Source: an uncultured delta proteobacterium (lineage in GTDB: Bacteria > Desulfobacterota > WTBG01). Taken from it: DNA of 64,000 nucleotides. Below the pieces are notes generated by a model. The model did not search any database and had not been told where the DNA came from. It was given only the letters and a program-made list of their open reading frames with translations. Below, piece by piece: positions 60,564 through 64,000 of the stretch (positions are counted from its first letter, which is position 1; each line of letters begins with the position of its first letter). The stretch is taken from contig CAWCBP010000014.1 in assembly GCA_963793865.1 (NCBI GenBank), positions 160,001-224,000 on the forward strand. The letters are read 5' to 3'. A program made the translations under genes and the position numbers.

Positions 60564-60686
60564 ATGCTAAATCTATTTTCGAATCACAGTAATACCTCTA
60601 TAGTGCACCTGATAAATCTGTGGGATGGTTTATTAATAGGAAGCTCACTGCATCAAACCATCCATTCAACACAGGAGGGAATAGGG

Positions 60687-62504
60687 ATGAGATATGCGTT
60701 TTGTACAAAGCTGAGTAAAAGTTTGACATGGCTGGCGTCATTGGTGATGACTTTTTGCTGGACCGTTTCTGTATATGCAATTTCCAATATGAAAAGAATG
60801 CGGTCTCTCATTTATTGTAACATGGTTATGCTTATGCTTGTAGTGATGTTTGGGTGTGTGCCATACCCGGAGAGTGGACCGGCTGATCTTGTAATCAAGA
60901 ATGCGAAAGTTGTTACGGTTGATAAGGAAAATCCGGAAGCCGAGGCCGTCGCGTTTGTTGGAGAGTTTATTGTAGACGTAACATCCAACAGGAACATTGC
61001 AAAGTACATTCAAAAAGGAAAGACGGAAGTTATTGATGCCGGAGGGAGACTTGTCATACCCGGATTCAATGATGCTCATGCGCATTTTTCATCCGTTAAC
61101 CTTGATTTCATTGACCTCCGGTATATCACCGATCCGAGTATCATTACAGAAAAGGTGCGGGACAAGATAGCTGTATCACAACCGGGAGAGCTTATCATGG
61201 GTGGTAACTGGGACCACGAGATGTTTCCCGACAAAAGGTGGCCAACCAAAGAGTTAATCGACCCTGTTTCTCCTGACAACCCCGTGTTACTCTTCCGGAC
61301 AGATTACCACTCGGTATTGGTTAACAGCTATGTGTTAAGGAATTCGGGAATAACCAAGGATACGCCCGATCCGGAGGGCGGAGAGATTCAGAGAGACAGC
61401 ATGACGGGAGAGCCTACAGGTATACTCAAGGAATCGGCAAAGGGGTTGATTAAAACCGGGGAAATACCGGTTGAAAGAACCCCTGAAGAGATTAAGCAAC
61501 GCCTGATCGAAGGTTGGAAGGCAGCATTTAGGATGGCTGCTGAACTTGGTGTGACAAGTATTCAGCATCCGGGAGAGGGAGACGCTGAATTTTACCAGGA
61601 ATGGTTTGACCAGGGAATGCTCACGTGCCGGATAGATGTTGCCGGTCGGCTCACTAACGATACAGACGCCCTGGAAAAATACGATGAGTTGAGAGAGAAA
61701 TATCCACCCGAAGGAAACTGGATCCGTTTCGGATACCTGAAAGGGCAAATTGATGGGACACTGGGTTCAGCTACCTGTATGCTTTATGAACCGTTCATCG
61801 GTGACCCGGATAATACAGGTTTATCTCAGATGACCTATGAAGAGCTGGAACAGAAAGTGGTGACATGCGACAGTATGGGATTCCAGATCGGAATACATGC
61901 CATTGGCGATAAGGCCAATACCTGGATCCTGAATGCTTTTGAAAAAGCAGCCGAAGCAAACGGCTGGAGGGATAGCAGACACCGTAGTGAACACGCTCAG
62001 ATCCTTATTGAAGAAGATATTCCCAGGTTTGCACAACTGGGTGTCATCGCTTCCATGCAACCCACCCACTGCATAACAGATAAACGGTTTTGTGAAAAAC
62101 GGATTGGTATGGAGCGATCTAGGTATGCATATGCCTGGAGGAGTTTATTGGATGCAGATGCAAAGATTGCTTTTGGAACCGATCACCCTGTTGAACCACT
62201 GGATCCAATGGAAGGATTATATGCAGCCGTTACCCGCAAAGACCGTATGGGAGAGGAAGGTGATGGCTGGTTCCCGGAACAGAAACTGACCATGGAAGAA
62301 GCCATTGAGCTCTATACCCGTGGGGCAGCATATGTTCAATTCATGGAGAACAGGAAGGGCGTGATCAAAAAGGGTTATCTGGGGGATGTTGTTATTGTAA
62401 ACCAGGATCTGATGACCGTCCCTGAAGAAGATATTATGAAGACAAAAATTGATTATACCATAGTTGGAGGTAACGTGGTTTTTAAGAGGAACGACACCGA
62501 CTGA
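60687..62504 (+). CDS. Amidohydrolase family 3 (YtcJ-like), probably a lipoprotein
   Basis: PGFNDAHAH, GEPTGILKE, IHAIGDKA, RSEHAQ, FGTDHP; start at 60687 (RBS AGGAGG) or 60789. Confidence 0.9.
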   Translation: MRYAFCTKLSKSLTWLASLVMTFCWTVSVYAISNMKRMRSLIYCNMVMLMLVVMFGCVPYPESGPADLVIKNAKVVTVDKENPEAEAVAFVGEFIVDVTSNRNIAKYIQKGKTEVIDAGGRLVIPGFNDAHAHFSSVNLDFIDLRYITDPSIITEKVRDKIAVSQPGELIMGGNWDHEMFPDKRWPTKELIDPVSPDNPVLLFRTDYHSVLVNSYVLRNSGITKDTPDPEGGEIQRDSMTGEPTGILKESAKGLIKTGEIPVERTPEEIKQRLIEGWKAAFRMAAELGVTSIQHPGEGDAEFYQEWFDQGMLTCRIDVAGRLTNDTDALEKYDELREKYPPEGNWIRFGYLKGQIDGTLGSATCMLYEPFIGDPDNTGLSQMTYEELEQKVVTCDSMGFQIGIHAIGDKANTWILNAFEKAAEANGWRDSRHRSEHAQILIEEDIPRFAQLGVIASMQPTHCITDKRFCEKRIGMERSRYAYAWRSLLDADAKIAFGTDHPVEPLDPMEGLYAAVTRKDRMGEEGDGWFPEQKLTMEEAIELYTRGAAYVQFMENRKGVIKKGYLGDVVIVNQDLMTVPEEDIMKTKIDYTIVGGNVVFKRNDTD

Positions 62505-62595
62505 CTGAATTGTCCCTGACACTTAATCTCATCTAACCGCCTCTTCGGATAATAGCAATCGGCATTAAATCCAAATGAAAGGAGGGCGCATATGT

Positions 62596-64000
62596 TTGAG
62601 AAGTCGCTACAGCCTGTTAGTTATGCTTTGGGCAGTTGTCACGGTTTGTTGTTTCACCGTTGTATTCGTTCCGGTCGGCTCGGCACACCAGCCGGAGATG
62701 CAAAAATGGTGGGACGTCACTCCCGAAAAAGAAATCCCTTCCCCACATTATAATTCCATTCTTTATTCTGAAATCGCGCCGCGCTTACATGAGATTACGG
62801 AAAACAGCCGCCGGGTTATGGTAAAGGTCATGGGGCAATCCGCAGCCGGCCGCGACCTGTACCTGGCCATCGTAGCTGCCCCGGGTGATGAAGGTCGTTT
62901 CGGTCACTACCAGAATCTGCGTCGATTAATGATTCATAACCCGGAAAGAGCGCAGGCGATGATTGACCTGTTTGATGATTTCAAGGTGCCCGTGTTTATT
63001 AATGGCAGTATTCACGGCTTTGAATATGCCGGAACCGACGCTTGTATACGGTTGATTGAAACTTTGGCCTACGACGATTCAGAGGAGGTGCAGGGCATAC
63101 TTGACAACATTATTCTGCTGGTGAACGTCTGTAATAACCCCGACGGCCGTGTATTGGGTACCCGTCAAAATTCCGCGGGCTTTGACTTAAACCGTGACAT
63201 GCTTACCCAGACTCAGCCGGAAACCCGGGCTCTGGCCAGGGTCATTGCCCAGTGGAACCCCATGTCTTTTATTGATCTCCATGGATTTTTAAATCCGATG
63301 CTGATCGAGCCGTGCACACCGCCGCATAACCCGAATTATGAGTATGACCTTTTCCTGGAATGGGCCTATGCGCAGGCTCTGGCAATGAGTGAAGAATTGT
63401 TCGCCCAAACCGGTGAAACAGCAGTGACAATTCCCTATCGCGATTGGTCTGATCGATGGGATGATTGGCCGCCTATTTATGCGAACCAGTATTCCATGCT
63501 GCATGGTTCTTATGGTCTTCTCCTGGAAACGCCTTACCAGGACGAGAGAGGAGTCGATGCCGATTATGCCGCCGTCTGGGGTATGCTCAAATTTATAGTT
63601 GAGAACAAAAAAGAGATGATCCGCGACCAAATTGAAATCTACCGGCGCGGATTCTTCGACCTGCCGCAGGTCCTGATACCGGATACGCTCCTGGCGGAGA
63701 CCCCCTGGGAGCAATTCAATGAACTGACAATACAGGAGTTTCCGGCTGCCTACATTATCCCCGCTGATGCGCCGTTTCAACAAAGTTCCCACCAGGCCGC
63801 CTACTTAATCGATTTCCTGTTGTTCAACGGTGTTCAGGTGGATGAGACAACGAGCACTTATTTGATAAACGGAGCGAAATATCCTGCAGGCACCTACATT
63901 GTCTGGATGGATCAACCCAAACGCGGATTGGCCAATACAATTCTCGAAGACGGTATGGATCTGTCCGACATTCAGGACCTGACCTTTTATTCGCCGCCTG
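62596..64000 (+). CDS. M14-family zinc carboxypeptidase, secreted (3' partial)
   Basis: Frame open to the window edge; signal-like N-terminus; SIHGFE, NPDGR, DLNRD, IDLHGF. Confidence 0.88.
   Translation, partial: MRSRYSLLVMLWAVVTVCCFTVVFVPVGSAHQPEMQKWWDVTPEKEIPSPHYNSILYSEIAPRLHEITENSRRVMVKVMGQSAAGRDLYLAIVAAPGDEGRFGHYQNLRRLMIHNPERAQAMIDLFDDFKVPVFINGSIHGFEYAGTDACIRLIETLAYDDSEEVQGILDNIILLVNVCNNPDGRVLGTRQNSAGFDLNRDMLTQTQPETRALARVIAQWNPMSFIDLHGFLNPMLIEPCTPPHNPNYEYDLFLEWAYAQALAMSEELFAQTGETAVTIPYRDWSDRWDDWPPIYANQYSMLHGSYGLLLETPYQDERGVDADYAAVWGMLKFIVENKKEMIRDQIEIYRRGFFDLPQVLIPDTLLAETPWEQFNELTIQEFPAAYIIPADAPFQQSSHQAAYLIDFLLFNGVQVDETTSTYLINGAKYPAGTYIVWMDQPKRGLANTILEDGMDLSDIQDLTFYSPP

Noticed and set aside
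62592..62598. Frameshift at the carboxypeptidase start
   Set aside because: TTG at 62596 is in frame and at a usable distance from the RBS, so no frameshift is needed.

Overview
Bacterial chromosomal DNA; the gene content suggests an anaerobe, probably Desulfobacterota/Deltaproteobacteria-like (inference only). Left to right: (1) A phosphate-starvation locus (phoR, a small ORF, an OprO/P porin, pstS, an extra ORF, pstCAB, phoU) with two four-fold 11-bp-periodic Pho boxes. (2) A 6.6-kb block (cold-shock protein, B12 radical SAM-STAS fusion, large secreted protein) bounded by a 79-bp duplicate of the phoU 3' end. (3) A tetraheme cytochrome c / 4Fe-4S / NrfD module, a tandem lipocalin, a DUF3015+DUF4105 pair, aldehyde:ferredoxin oxidoreductase, a DpsL-type ferritin, an IS481 relic and a secreted hydrolase. 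(4) recC-recB-recD. (5) Two modular secreted proteins sharing a Cys-rich dockerin-like module; one has two DUF1566 domains whose ends look like variable repeats of a diversity-generating retroelement (DGR). (6) A 41-60 kb catabolic-looking region: FAD oxidoreductase, split-barrel protein, PEP-utilising phosphotransferase, a cobalamin-riboswitch-controlled HemN-like radical SAM, two paralogous Old Yellow Enzyme (OYE) reductases, a tandem hydrolase, a secreted ferrochelatase-like protein, TetR and a bilin-reductase/RCCR-like protein. (7) An amidohydrolase and a partial M14 carboxypeptidase. Several REP/MITE families are scattered throughout. Many genes, including recB, have single-base frameshifts, mostly in homopolymers; these are probably sequencing errors. 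All family calls come from motif recognition by eye, with no database searches.
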